This document shows, piece after piece, positions 26,018 to 37,423 of a stretch of 64,000 nucleotides of DNA. Within the stretch, counting starts at the first letter, position 1. Every line of letters begins with the position of its first letter. Made by a program: the position numbers and the translations under genes. This DNA is from Candidatus Eremiobacteria bacterium. GTDB lineage: Bacteria; Vulcanimicrobiota; Vulcanimicrobiia; Vulcanimicrobiales; Vulcanimicrobiaceae. The stretch covers positions 800,001 to 864,000 of the forward strand of contig CAVWUU010000004.1 of the NCBI GenBank assembly GCA_963758295.1. Reading direction: 5' to 3'. The notes under the pieces are model-generated. The model did no database searches and was not told the origin of the DNA. It saw only the letters and a program-made list of their open reading frames with translations.

Positions 26018-29000
26018 CTACCCTGGTCCGACGACCCACTTGTCGATCCACATCCGCTCGTGCCAGGCCTGCCACGGCAACGGCATAGCGGAGAGGATCG
26101 GATAGAAAAATACGAACGCGACGCCGATGGCGACGACGGTCGCGGCCACCGCCGCGATGCCCCACTTCCTGCCGGTTTCGCCCCGGCTCGTCGACCATCG
26201 GTACAAGCGTTGCAACACGATGGCGTTGCACAAGCAGATTAGCGGAATGTCGACATAGAAATGATACGCGAACGTGATGCGGGGCGACTTCATCCACGGC
26301 AGCCACTGCAGCAAGTACGTTAGTACGATCAACGCGTAAGCCTTGCGCCGCTCTTTCCACGCCAAGAAGCCGACGAGCGGAACGGCTATCAAGCCGAACC
26401 ACAGCAAGAGCGGGTTGGGCATCGACGTTACTTCCTGGACGCAGCACCCGTGCGGATCGCTTTGATTCGCGCGGTGGTCCTGGTAGAAGTACGCAATCGG
26501 CACGTAGTCGAGCGGCCACTCCCACCACTTCGACGAGTACGGATGCGTAGCCGTTAGCGTATCGTGGTACTCGAACATCGAGTACTGGCGATAGACCACG
26601 TCGTTGACGTTGTGAATTTCGCTCGGGTCGGGCGAATGCCGCACGAGGTCCGGAACCCACACGAGCCCGTAAACCGTCGCCGCAACAAACACGATTGTAG
26701 CCAGCGCGCCGTCCAAACGGAAGCCGCGCGGATTCCCCCACAGCGCCGGCCGTCCTTCCGAAAAGAGGCGCTGCAGCCACACGAAGATCAGCACGATAAA
26801 GCTTACGCCGAAGCCCATTACGCCGTACCACTTCGCGCTAACGAGCAAACCGAGCGCGACGGTGAACAGGATGAGCCACAGCGTCGCGGAGCTGCCGTTC
26901 TCTTTCCCGTCGGCCGTGCGAATCTCGTTCTCCGCATAGGTGGCGTCGCCGTCCGGCGACTCGTACGTCACCGACGCATCTTTCCGATAACGAATCGTAA
27001 CGTCGCCATCTTGGGAAACGAATTCGCCTCCGCGGATTTGCGAAAGCGCGCCGCGGCGCGAATTGACGATTTTGCCGGCGGGATTTGTTTCGAATCCGCC
27101 GCCGTCCGGCGTGTAGAATGCGATCCCGTCGGCGTCGCTAAGCGCGTATGATCCTTCGGCAAACGTGAGTTCGCGCTGACCGTCAGCCGCGAAAAGCCGG
27201 ATGTACAAGACGTACCGGACGAGCAGATAACATCCCAGCGCAACGTAAAGCGCCGCGATGATGCTCGTGGCGCGGTCGAGCGGAGACCACGCCAACCTGA
27301 TGAGCGCGGAGACGATCGCACCGGCCAGAATCGAGGCGACGGCGCCGCCAACATAGGCCCACGTCGGAACGTTTACGTGGCGGCGCACTTCGACTTGTGA
27401 AGAGATCCAGAAGCGATAGAACGCGTAGACTGCGAGCAGCGAGAAGAATACGACGAACCCTTCGGGCGTCGCAATACGCGACTGCACGAAGTGCATGCCG
27501 TCGAAAATGAGGAACAGCGCCGCGATTCCCGCGAAAATCGTCGAACCGGTTACGCGCTTGGCGAAAACGTAGAGCAGCATCACGACAAGCGCGCCGAACA
27601 CGACGTCGAGGAAACGCCAGCCATAGGCGTTGTCGCCGCTGGACATGTGGCCGAGGATGGCGTTCATGAACGTCCATCCACCGGCGCCGTGCCCCGCCGG
27701 CATTCCGCCGAAGAGCATCACGGAAAACGTTACGAGCAGCTTCGAAAGCGGCGGGTGGGTGTTTTCGTAAATCCGCAGATTCTGCAGATACTCTTCGGCG
27801 GCGCGCGCGAAATAAATTTCGTCGAAAATCTTATCCGCGGGATACCAATAGTTGACGAACGACAGCACGAAGCTGAAGATGCCGAGCGCCCACATCACGA
27901 CGTAATCGAGCGGCTTGCGCATTCGCGCCAACCCCTCGAGTGGATCGAACCAGTTCTGGGCCTTGCTCCACCAAGATTGCTCGACGGCCTGCGGCGTCGA
28001 CGATTCCGGCTTTCGCTCCGTCTCGGCGTCGGCTGCAGAGAGTTCGGCCGTCGGAGCCGATCCCAAGAATGCGTAGCCGAGCGCGAAGAACGTGCCGACG
28101 GCAACAAGCGAGTAGAACGAGGTGAGCGGGCCCCACAGATTGCGCGGATCGACACCGGGCGTCTGAACGGTCATCACTTGGAGGTACTGTAGCGAGTACA
28201 CCAAGTTCGCGTAGAGCACGATCGAGAGCGCAATCGCTCCCCAAAGATAGCGCCGCGCCAACGGAACGCAAGCGATCGCAAAGGTCAGTCCGTCGAAAGA
28301 TATAGCGCTCGTGCATGCGCGTGGAAAGCACGAAGAACGCGATCAGGGCCACCGCGCTCGATTCCAGCAGCGCACCGGGGCTGCGCTCTTGGGCGTAGCG
28401 CCAGACGATTAATGCAAGCGCGGCCACTACCAGGCCGATTCCCCAATAGTACATTGGGAACGTGACGATGAATCCTATCGGGCTGTTATCCGCCTTCCAG
28501 AAAGCACCGTCGGTCGACCACGTGTTCAATGACCAAAGATTGAACGCATTGACGCTGTTGTACGAGTAGACACTCGAGCCGAATTCGTAGCGTTGCAAAA
28601 GCCAATGGACGAGCGCAATGGGATTCGTTGTGGGATGGAACGGAACGGCCAGCAGCAATCCAAGCACGATCGCCGAGACGATACCGATTGCCGTCGCGCG
28701 CACGCGCAAAGCGCGCCGCCCCGGATCGACGAACGCGAACGTGATAAATATGCGGAATCAACACCGCCGCTTGCGGCTTGATCAAAAGCGAATATGAAAA
28801 GACCAGCCATGCGGCAACGATCGACCACGTCGCCTTGCCTTCGGCGTCGTCGTCCGAGCGCAACAACAGGTAGGCCGCTAGCAAGGCGAGGCCTCCGGCG
28901 ATGGAATCGACCTGCCCCCATTTGGCCGAAATGAAGATCGTCGCCGGATTCAAGACGTAAAGTGCCGCAGCGCCGAACGCGATGGCGGGACGCGCGAAGC

Positions 29001-29370
29001 GGCAGCCGATGCGGTAGATAATCCAGCCGACGCCGAGGTCTGCCAGCACGGCGGGCAGTTTCACCAGCACCTTCAGCAGGCCGAGGTTGGTATCTTGGGG
29101 CCGGAAGAACTGCCAAATATGGCCAACGACGGCGAGGACATAGAAGTAGCCCGGCGGGTAATCCGCAAACCGCGTCTTGGCATAGAAGTTCGCAAGCCCG
29201 TTGTCGACGAGCGACATGGTCCATGCTTCGAACGTCTGGACGTCGTTTTTGAAGCCTTCGTCGCCAAGGAACAGCGCGCGCAGCAAAAAGCCCACGACGA
29301 GCAGCGCCGGCAGAGCCCAGGGGAGCGTACGCTCCCAGACGGACGTTTGGACGTTCGCCCTAGCGTTCAC
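26018..29370 (-). CDS. large polytopic GT-C glycosyltransferase (N-terminal mannosyltransferase-like module + C-terminal PMT/GT39 module), two apparent frameshifts near 28752 and 28297
   Basis: GGAGGA RBS with GTG 29370. DYPPGY, WGQVDS, IKPQ, VNAFNLW and TRMHERY, then FDEIYFAR, ENTHPPLSK, FVQSRIAT and HPYSSKWWEWP. Three ORF pieces join with two single-base corrections into about 1116 aa. Confidence 0.8.
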
Positions 29371-29399
29371 GCGCGTGTTGTCCTCCGGTATCGACGAAA

Positions 29400-30380
29400 C
29401 TAAGCGACGGGTTCGACGAGCGTTCCCATCAGAAACTCGCGCAGCGTCGGAATCTGAATGGGCCTCGACAACCGCCATAGGTTCTGCGGCGGCACGCCGG
29501 GCGGCCTCTCTCGCGCCGAGTTCATCCAATGCCGACGACGACTCGCTCCACCTGCCCGGACGTCAGCTCGCCGCCGCCCGCGTACGCCTCGCCGATGGCT
29601 GCGGTGGCCGCCGACGGCGTCTGTGCGAGCGCCCAAACAACGGGATACGTCCATTTGCGCCGGGCGATGTCGTTGGCCACAACCTTGCCCGTCGCGTCGC
29701 TCGAGGCCCAAATGCCCAGAACATCGTCACGGATTTGGAATGCGACGCCGTAAGCGTGTCCGAGTTTGCCGTACTGGGCGAGCAGCGTTGCGTCGCGTTT
29801 CGGCGCATTGCGCGCCCAAGAAGCACGACGGCTTCGAAAAGCGCCGCCGTCTTGCACGCGATCATGTGGTAATAGTCGTTCAGCGCCACGTGCGTGGCCG
29901 TTTCAAACTGCAGATCGAGCGACTGCCCATCGCACATGATGCGGTGCGCCTCGTGCAGCATTTCGACCATCCGCATCACGCGTTCGGCCGTAAGCTGTTT
30001 GCGCGCGCGCAGCAACGTGAGGAAACTCACCGCGCACATCGCGTCGCCGGCATTGATCGCGCTGCGGCACGCTGTAGAGATTCCACAGCGTCCGTTTGCC
30101 GTGACGCATTTCGTCTCGATCCTCGATGTCGTCGTGGACGAGCGAGTAATTGTGCAAGATTTCGACGGCTGCCGCGGCGTCAAGACAATGTTCGAGCGGC
30201 GCTCCGAGAGCGAGACCGGTGCGCATAACGATTTGGGGACGCAAGCGTTTGCCGCGGCGAGCCGGTCCGTACGGTCCGTAACCGAAGTGATACAAAAGCA
30301 TATCGGAGATCGTGCTCGATCCCCGATAGGCCGTTATTCGTTCTTCGAGGTAGGCTTCGAACCGGTCAGACGGGTTGACG
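29400..30380 (-). CDS. polyprenyl synthetase (IdsA/GGPP synthase type), broken by about five apparent single-base frameshifts
   Basis: GKRLRP, HNYSLVHDDIED.D..RHG, AINAGD, GQSLDL, KTAALF, AFQIRDDVLG and KWTYP are spread over shifting frames. Ends LREFLMGTLVEPVA* at 29400; start uncertain. Confidence 0.8.
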
Positions 30381-31208
30381 GCTGAGCTCCTCCATGCGGC
30401 GCTCGACCTGGTCGACGAGCCACCCGGGCGTTGAAGCGCCGGACATCAAGCCGGCGACCTTCACGCCTTCGAACCAATCCGCTTGTAATTCATCGGGGCC
30501 TTCGATGTGATGCGATTTCGCACCGTGAATTTCCGCAAGCTCCGCGAGATGCTTCGTATTCGCCGAGGTCTTACCGCCGACGACAACCATGACTTCAACT
30601 TCTTCCGACAAGCGAAGCGCTTCGCTCTGGCGGTTGTTCGTGTCGGTGCAGATCGTATTGACCGCGCGCACTTCATAGTATTTCGCCGTCAGGGCTTTCA
30701 CGATGTCCGTGAAACGTTCGCGCGAGTAGGTCGACTGCACGACGACGCCGATGCGGCTGCCGCGCGGAAGCTTCTCGACATCTTCGACGGTCTCGATGCA
30801 CCACGCGCTGGGAACGTGGCTGAGCGTCCCTTTGACTTCCGGGTGGTTCGGATCGCCGATAACGACGATCTTATAACCGTCGCCCTTTAACCGCTCCGCC
30901 TGCACGTGAATCTTCGTTACCATGGGGCACGTGGCATCGATGACTTCGAGGCCCTTGGCCTTGGCCTTATCGAAGACTTCGACGGGCAAACCGTGCGCAC
31001 GAACGAAAAGCGCGCCGCTATCAACGTCGTCGACGGAGCCGGCGTTTTTCAGGCCCTTCGATTCCAGAGACGCAACCATTTGAGGATTGTGCACTACGTG
31101 GCCGAGCGTCGTAACGTCGTCGCGGCTGCCGATGGCCTCTTCGGCCTTCTTCACCGTGATGGCGACGCCGAAGCAAAACCCTTGCGTCTTAGACTTCCGA
31201 ATTTCCAC
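30366..31208 (-). CDS. ispH: 4-hydroxy-3-methylbut-2-enyl diphosphate reductase
   Basis: GFCFGV, VHNPQ, RAHG, DATCPMV, HPEV, NTICTDT, SANTKHL, GASTP. Confidence 0.96.
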   Translation of the reverse strand: MEIRKSKTQGFCFGVAITVKKAEEAIGSRDDVTTLGHVVHNPQMVASLESKGLKNAGSVDDVDSGALFVRAHGLPVEVFDKAKAKGLEVIDATCPMVTKIHVQAERLKGDGYKIVVIGDPNHPEVKGTLSHVPSAWCIETVEDVEKLPRGSRIGVVVQSTYSRERFTDIVKALTAKYYEVRAVNTICTDTNNRQSEALRLSEEVEVMVVVGGKTSANTKHLAELAEIHGAKSHHIEGPDELQADWFEGVKVAGLMSGASTPGWLVDQVERRMEELSRQPV

Positions 31209-31794
31209 CGATGCTCTTCTCCAGCGCGCGGATAGCGCCCATGACTTCATCGGTGAACTTCGCCAAATCTTCGCGAGTTGCTTTCCGTCCCGGCGGAAGC
31301 GACATCGGCTTTCCGAAAGCGACTTTGATCTTACCGAGCTGCTTGGCCTTTTCGGACCCGATGATGGCCGCCGGCACGACGGGCGCCTTGGCGAGCGAGG
31401 CGAGCAGTGCAACGCCTTGGCGCGCCTCCTTCTCGCCGCCGACGTTCCGGCCGCCTTCCGGAAAAATGCCGATGCACCCGCCTTCGCGCAGCACTTCGAC
31501 GGAGCGCTTGATGGCTGCGGCGGCGCTTCCTTCCCGGTCCACGGGATACGCGCCCACGGCGCGAATCGCCGGCCCGAGCACGGGAATTTCGAAAAGCTCT
31601 TTCTTCGCCATGTAACTGATCCGCCGAGGTGCGAACGAACCCATCACCGGCGGATCGAGAAATGAGACGTGATTGCAGGCAATAATGAGCGGTCCGGTCC
31701 GCGGAATATTCTCCGCGCCGGCCACCTTCGTACGCCAGACGACGAGCGAAACGCCATGAATGATGTTGCGCGCTGTCCAGTAGAGCAAATTCAT
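31189..31794 (-). CDS. plsC: 1-acyl-sn-glycerol-3-phosphate acyltransferase (PlsC family)
   Basis: NHVSFLDP, MAKKELF, IFPEG; lies between cmk and ispH. Confidence 0.88.
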   Translation of the reverse strand: MNLLYWTARNIIHGVSLVVWRTKVAGAENIPRTGPLIIACNHVSFLDPPVMGSFAPRRISYMAKKELFEIPVLGPAIRAVGAYPVDREGSAAAAIKRSVEVLREGGCIGIFPEGGRNVGGEKEARQGVALLASLAKAPVVPAAIIGSEKAKQLGKIKVAFGKPMSLPPGRKATREDLAKFTDEVMGAIRALEKSIGGNSEV

Positions 31795-32480
31795 CGCGGA
31801 AGCTCCACGATTTTCACGATTTCATCTATGACCTCGGCGGCCTTGAGCGAGCTTGAGTCCACGACGTGTGAATCCGGTGCCGGAACGAGCGGCGAAACGG
31901 CGCGATCGCGGTCGAGGCGGTCGCGTTCCTCGATTTCTTCCGCCAAACGGTGCGCGCTGACGTCGACTCCAGCGGCAAGTAACTGAGCGCGACGGCGCTC
32001 CACGCGTGCCTGCACCGAGGCAGTGAGAAAAATTTTAACTTGTGCGAACGGCAGCACGACGGTTCCGATGTCGCGTCCGCACATCACAACGGCGGCGTCC
32101 GCCGCAATGCGTCTTTGGCTTTCCACCATAGCTTCGCGAACGCGCGGATGCGCCGCAATCGTCGAGACGATGGCCGTTACTTCATTAGACTGGAGCGTGC
32201 GTTCGTCGAGTTCCAGTTCTCCCGCGAAAATGCGAAAGCCCAGCGGCGCAGCGGCATCGAGCACGATACGAACGTGATGCGACTCCCAAAGCCGGACGAG
32301 TGCGCCTTCATTGTCGGCTTCGGTGCGCGTTTGCAATGCGAGAAACGCAAGCGTGCGATACATGGCGCCGGTATCCAAATACACGATGCCAAGGCGGCGT
32401 GCCAGCGCGTGCGCGACCGTCGTCTTTCCCGACGCGGCCGGTCCATCGATTGCGATCTGCAGGTGCGCCGGGATGCTCAT
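31791..32480 (-). CDS. cmk: cytidylate kinase
   Basis: IAIDGPAASGKTT, YLDTGAMYR, GRDIGTVVLP, ERDRLDRDRAVSPL. Confidence 0.96.
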   Translation of the reverse strand: MSIPAHLQIAIDGPAASGKTTVAHALARRLGIVYLDTGAMYRTLAFLALQTRTEADNEGALVRLWESHHVRIVLDAAAPLGFRIFAGELELDERTLQSNEVTAIVSTIAAHPRVREAMVESQRRIAADAAVVMCGRDIGTVVLPFAQVKIFLTASVQARVERRRAQLLAAGVDVSAHRLAEEIEERDRLDRDRAVSPLVPAPDSHVVDSSSLKAAEVIDEIVKIVELPR

Positions 32481-32542
32481 GTCCGTGCCGCGGTTTCGCA
32501 CCGGACACAGGCTTGCACCTGCATGCCCTCTAAAGGAAGGGC

Positions 32543-33871
32543 GTGGCTAAAGCGCGCTCCGTCTTTTACTGCAATGCATGCGGTTTCGAGTCCGCGCGAT
32601 GGCTCGGCCGCTGCCCGCAATGCGAGTCGTGGAACTCCTTCGACGAGCGGCCATTCGCCGTAGCGACACGCGGCGCGAAAACGTCTCCCGCCCGCGGCTC
32701 AACGCTTGCGCCCGTGCCCCTACGCGAAATCGACGGCCGAAAAATCGCGCGCATAAAAACCGGCATGGCGGAGTTCGACTCGGTGCTGGGCGGCGGCATC
32801 GTGCCCGGAAGCCTGACGCTTGTCGGCGGTCCGCCGGGCGCCGGCAAATCGACGTTGTTGCTGCAGATTGCCGCGCAACTTTCCGAGATCGGTCCGACCG
32901 TTTACGTTTGCGGCGAAGAATCTGCAGCGCAAGTGAAGCTTCGCGCGCAACGCCTTGCGCTCGCGAGCGGCGGCGAAGACGATCTGTTGATTTTCCCGGA
33001 GACGAATCTGCGCGCGGTGCTCGAAGCGCTCGAACGCATGGCGCCCGTGGCGCTGATCGTCGACTCCATTCAGACCGTATGGTTGCCCGAAGCCGAAACC
33101 TATGCCGGCAGCGTCACGCAAGTTCGCGACTGCACGCAGGCGTTGATGGAGTACGCCAAGCGCACCGGCTGCGCCACATTCATCGTCGGCCACGTAACTA
33201 AAGACGGCACCATCGCGGGGCCGCGATTACTCGAACATCTCGTGGATACGGTGCTCTATTTCGAAGGCGAAGCGAACGGCGAATACCGGATCCTGCGCGC
33301 TTACAAGAACCGCTTCGGTTCGATCGACGAAATTTGCGTCTTTGCAATGCACGATACCGGCCTGCAAGAAGTAGCGAATCCGTCGGAACTCTTCCTCGCC
33401 GGTCGCGACGCGCGTCCCAGCGGGTCGTGCGTCGTCGCGTCCATCGTCGGCTCTCGGCCCGTGCTTATCGAAGTGCAGGCGCTCGTTGGAGAAAGCAGCT
33501 ACGGGACGCCGCGGCGATTGGCGAACAATCTCGATCAGGCGCGCCTCGCGATGATTCTCGCCGTACTCGAACGCCGCGTCGGCCTGCAGCTGGGATCGCA
33601 CGACGTCTATGCGTCGGTCGCAGGCGGATTGCGCGTGAACGAACCGGCGGCCGATCTCGGCATCGCGCTCGCGATTGCTTCGTCGTTTAGAAACGTGCCT
33701 TTGCCGGCACATTGCGTCGCTTTCGGAGAACTCGGGCTCTCGGGAGAACTGCGCGGCGTCAATGCGGCGCAGCGCCGCGAAGCCGAAGCAAATAAACTCG
33801 GCTACCGAACAGTTTTTTCACCCGGCGAATATCGAGACATCGCGTCGGCAATCCGCGCGGCGCTCGGATAA
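32543..33871 (+). CDS. radA: DNA repair protein RadA/Sms
   Basis: C4 zinc finger, GPPGAGKSTLLLQ, GHVTKDGTIAGPRLLEHLVD, KNRFG. Confidence 0.97.
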   Translation: MAKARSVFYCNACGFESARWLGRCPQCESWNSFDERPFAVATRGAKTSPARGSTLAPVPLREIDGRKIARIKTGMAEFDSVLGGGIVPGSLTLVGGPPGAGKSTLLLQIAAQLSEIGPTVYVCGEESAAQVKLRAQRLALASGGEDDLLIFPETNLRAVLEALERMAPVALIVDSIQTVWLPEAETYAGSVTQVRDCTQALMEYAKRTGCATFIVGHVTKDGTIAGPRLLEHLVDTVLYFEGEANGEYRILRAYKNRFGSIDEICVFAMHDTGLQEVANPSELFLAGRDARPSGSCVVASIVGSRPVLIEVQALVGESSYGTPRRLANNLDQARLAMILAVLERRVGLQLGSHDVYASVAGGLRVNEPAADLGIALAIASSFRNVPLPAHCVAFGELGLSGELRGVNAAQRREAEANKLGYRTVFSPGEYRDIASAIRAALG

Positions 33872-33878
33872 CGGCCCA

Positions 33879-34757
33879 ATGGCCCTCTTCGAGATCGTTC
33901 CGAATCTCTCCGAAGGCCGCGATCTCAGCACAATCGACGCGGCCGTAGCCGCGATCGAAGAACAAGGCGCGCGCGTAGTACATCGCACGAGCGACCCGGT
34001 TCACAATCGCAGCGTCATAACCGCCGCCGGCGGCGCGCGGGCGATTTTGGCGGCTGCGGTAGCGCTGGCGGGCGTCGCCGCCGAACGAATCGATCTCCGT
34101 TCGCACAGTGGCGTCCACCCGCGCATTGGTGCGCTCGACGTGCTGCCGTTCGTGCCGCTTGAGGGCGCCGGTATGCCGGAAGCGGTCGCACTGGCGCACG
34201 AAGCGGGTGCGAGAATCTGGGCGCGCCATTCAATCCCCTCGTTTTTCTACGGTGCGGCCGCCCGGCGGCCGGAACGCGAATTGCTCGCCTCGGTTCGCGC
34301 GGGGCAGTTCGAAGGGCTCGACGCCCGTTTCACGGATCCCGCGTGGGCGCCCGATACCGGCGACGTCGCGAAACACGAACGAGCCGGCGCAGTAGCAATA
34401 GGCGCGCGCCCGATCCTGATCGCTTTCAACGTCGAACTGGCAACCGGCGATCTCGCCGTCGCGCGCAAGATCGCGCGGGTGTTGCGCGAGCGCACCGGCG
34501 GTCTCAAGACGCTTCGCGCGCTTGGGTTGCGCCTCAGCGACGACGTCGTTCAGGTGTCGCTCAACGTCACGAGGTACGATGCTACGCCGCTCTATCGCAT
34601 CGTAGAGCTGGTGCGCCGTCTTGCAGCCGAGGACGGCGTCGCCATCGGCAAGAGCGAACTCATCGGTTGTCTTCCGCGCGCCGCCGTCGAAACGGCCGCG
34701 CGGTATTACTTAGGAGACTGCGGGGATATCTGTGAAACGGCTCGTTCTTCTTCTTAG
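33879..34757 (+). CDS. ftcD: glutamate formimidoyltransferase
   Basis: VPNLSEGRD, DPVHNRSV, HSGVHPRIGALDVLPFVP, GARPILIAFNV, QVSLNV, SELIG. Confidence 0.9.
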   Translation: MALFEIVPNLSEGRDLSTIDAAVAAIEEQGARVVHRTSDPVHNRSVITAAGGARAILAAAVALAGVAAERIDLRSHSGVHPRIGALDVLPFVPLEGAGMPEAVALAHEAGARIWARHSIPSFFYGAAARRPERELLASVRAGQFEGLDARFTDPAWAPDTGDVAKHERAGAVAIGARPILIAFNVELATGDLAVARKIARVLRERTGGLKTLRALGLRLSDDVVQVSLNVTRYDATPLYRIVELVRRLAAEDGVAIGKSELIGCLPRAAVETAARYYLGDCGDICETARSSS

Positions 34758-37423
34758 CTGCGCGTTTGCGCTAATTGCAGCAACGCCGGCCTCTACCGAT
34801 GTGGGAGGCCCCGGCGATCGCGGCATTTTCACCACGCAGCTCGCGAACGGCCTTAAAGTCGTCGTTGTCGAGGACCATGCGGCGCCGGTCGTGCAAACCG
34901 CGATCTGGTACCATTTCGGTTCGCTCGACGAGACGCCGGGGAAGACGGGACTCGCCCACGCGCTAGAGCACATGATGTTTCGCGGCAGCGAGCACATCTC
35001 GGCCGGCGGTCTCGACGACATCGTTGCGAGACTCGGCGCGCAGATGAATGCCGAAACGTCGTACGACGCCACACATTTCTACTTCGTCATGCCCGCCGAT
35101 AAGTTAAACGTCGGGCTGGCTATCGAATCGGATCGCCTGCAGCATTTGCTTCTCCAGCAGTCGCAGTGGCAAATCGAACGCGGTGCGGTATTGAACGAAC
35201 TGGAAGGCGACGAAAGTTCCCCGTTCTACAGCCTGCTTTCCGCCGTGCGTGCCGCCGCCTACCCGGGCGAGCCCAACGGACGCACGCCGATCGGCAAACG
35301 CGCCGACATCGAAAGAGCGACCGCAGCCGACATCGGCACGTACTATCACGAGTGGTATGCACCGAACAACGCGACCCTCGTCGTGGCGGGCGACGTGGAC
35401 CATTCCACGGTATTTTCCTCGGCGAAGCGCTACTTCGGCAGTATCCCCTCGAAGACGTTGCCCGCGCATCGAGAAACGCATCCCACTCCGGCTTCGCGCG
35501 GCGCCGTCGTTGAATCCAGCATGCCGTTCCCGTTCGAAGTGCTCGATTTGGCCTACGCGGTTCCCGGCGATACGGAACCGGGCGAACCGGCGGTCAGCAC
35601 GCTCGCGACGTTGATTCCCGACCAGCTTTCACCGTTCTATCAAGCGCTCGTGCAAAGCAACGTCGCGCTCGCGATCGAAGCGGATTCAGATACGCAACTC
35701 AAAGGCGGATTGCTGAACGTCTTCATCGTGCTCAATCCCGGACATACGAGTGCGGAAGCGCAAACGATCTTCCAATCGACGCTCGATCACCTTCTCCAGT
35801 CCGGTTTTTCGGACGATCTGGTGACCGCCGCAAAGCGTCTCACGATTTCGGAACGGCTGTATGCTGCCGACTCGATTAGCGGAATAGGCGATCTGGCGGG
35901 ATATACGTACGGCATCGTCGGCGAAAAAGTGAACGACGAAGATACGCGCCTTGCCGCGTTGACCTCCGCCGATCTGCTTGCGACGGCGAAAAAGTACTTA
36001 AGCACTCCGACGGTCGTCGGGCATTTGCGTTCCAACGCTTCGCAACCGCAAGGCTCGTCGCAAAAGAGCGATGCGGCTGCAAGCGACGACTTTTCCAAAC
36101 GCGTGCCGAACGGGCCGATCGTCGAACCGGCCGAAATTCGTGAAGCGTTGCGCACGCCGACGACCGAACGCAGTAAACTGAATCCAACGCAATTCACGCT
36201 GCCGAACGGCATTCGCGTGATCGTGCAAGAGAAGCACGATCGCCCAACTTTTGTCTTGCGCGGCGATATCGATTCCTCGCCGGCGTTTGCGCCGCCCGGA
36301 AAAGAGGGCATCATCCGGCTGGCATCAAGCGTGGCAGACTACGGCAGCGCCAATTATCCCTTCGCACAGCGCCGCAAAGCGATCGACGACCTCGGCGCCA
36401 TGGTCAACAGCGGTCAAGAATTCAGCGCGCGCGGTCTTGCGAAAGACTTCTCTACGATCGTCGGAATCGTCGCCGACGCGCAGGAGCATCCGACCTTCGC
36501 CGACCCGTGGTTTTCGCTGGAACGCGACCAACTGGCGAACAGCCTGCAATCGGAAGATACAATCTCCGGCGTCATCGTAGAACGCGCGTATCTCGGATTG
36601 CTCGCATCGACCGGCGATCCGTCGTTGCGGCACGCAAGCTCCGGCAGCGTATCATCGATCACCCGTGAGGATCTCGCGTCGTTCGCGAAAATCGTATTGG
36701 CGCCCGGATCTCACGACGATCGCCGTCGTGGGTGACGTCACCCCGGACCAAGTGCGGTCGGCGCTGACGTCGGCCTTCAGCGGCTGGACGGCGCAGGGCG
36801 CAAAACCCGATCCGCACAGCTTGCCGTTTCCCGCCGCGCATCACGGTCACGATTACGTCGGAACGGGCGCCTCGCAAGTCTACATTCGTTTGGGACAGCC
36901 CGCCGTGGCGCGTACGAATCCCGACTACGACACGTTCCTGGTCTTGAACCAGATTCTCGGCGCAAGCGGCAGCTTCGAATCGCGCCTGTGGCAAGAACTG
37001 CGGCAGAAACGGGGTCTGGTTTACACCGTAGGAAGCAGCGTCAGCGCCGACGGCGACCGCGGCGACTTCCGAATCGAAATCAACGCGTCACCCAGCCGCG
37101 TTGTCGAGGCGGTGAAGTTCGTGCGCTCGGAATTGGCGCGCTTCCAAACGCAACCCGTCTCGGCCACCGAATTGCAAGAAGCAAAACTCCGGCTCGTCAG
37201 CAACGCATTGCTCGACGAAGCCTCGGCGGACGGTCAGGTCGGCCAGCTGCTCGACATTGCGTCGAACGGCCTGCCCGGTGATTATTACCGCAGCCTAAAC
37301 GAGCGTTTCGGCCGCATCACCGCCGCCGATGTGGAACGGGTCGCGAAAAAATACCTCGCACCCGACCAATTGGTGCAGATTTACGCGGGGCCGCCCGGAG
37401 TTTGGGCACAACGCTCGATATGA
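34732..37423 (+). CDS. secreted M16 family (pitrilysin/PqqL-like) Zn peptidase, apparent frameshift in the A-run at 36688-36691
   Basis: Signal peptide, GLAHALEHMMFRGS (HxxEH), WYAPNNATLVVAGD. The second half continues SYWRPDLTTIAVVGDV...SRLWQELRQKRGLVY after removing one A. Confidence 0.88.

Noticed and set aside
28297..30061. Programmed ribosomal frameshifting or phase variation
   Set aside because: No slippery heptamers or long homopolymers; too many shifts in one gene; better explained as sequencing error.
30302..30380. Non-canonical start codon for the polyprenyl synthetase
   Set aside because: The frame is open upstream of ATG 30301 and GGAGGA precedes a GTC, but the region is error-rich, so no claim is supportable.
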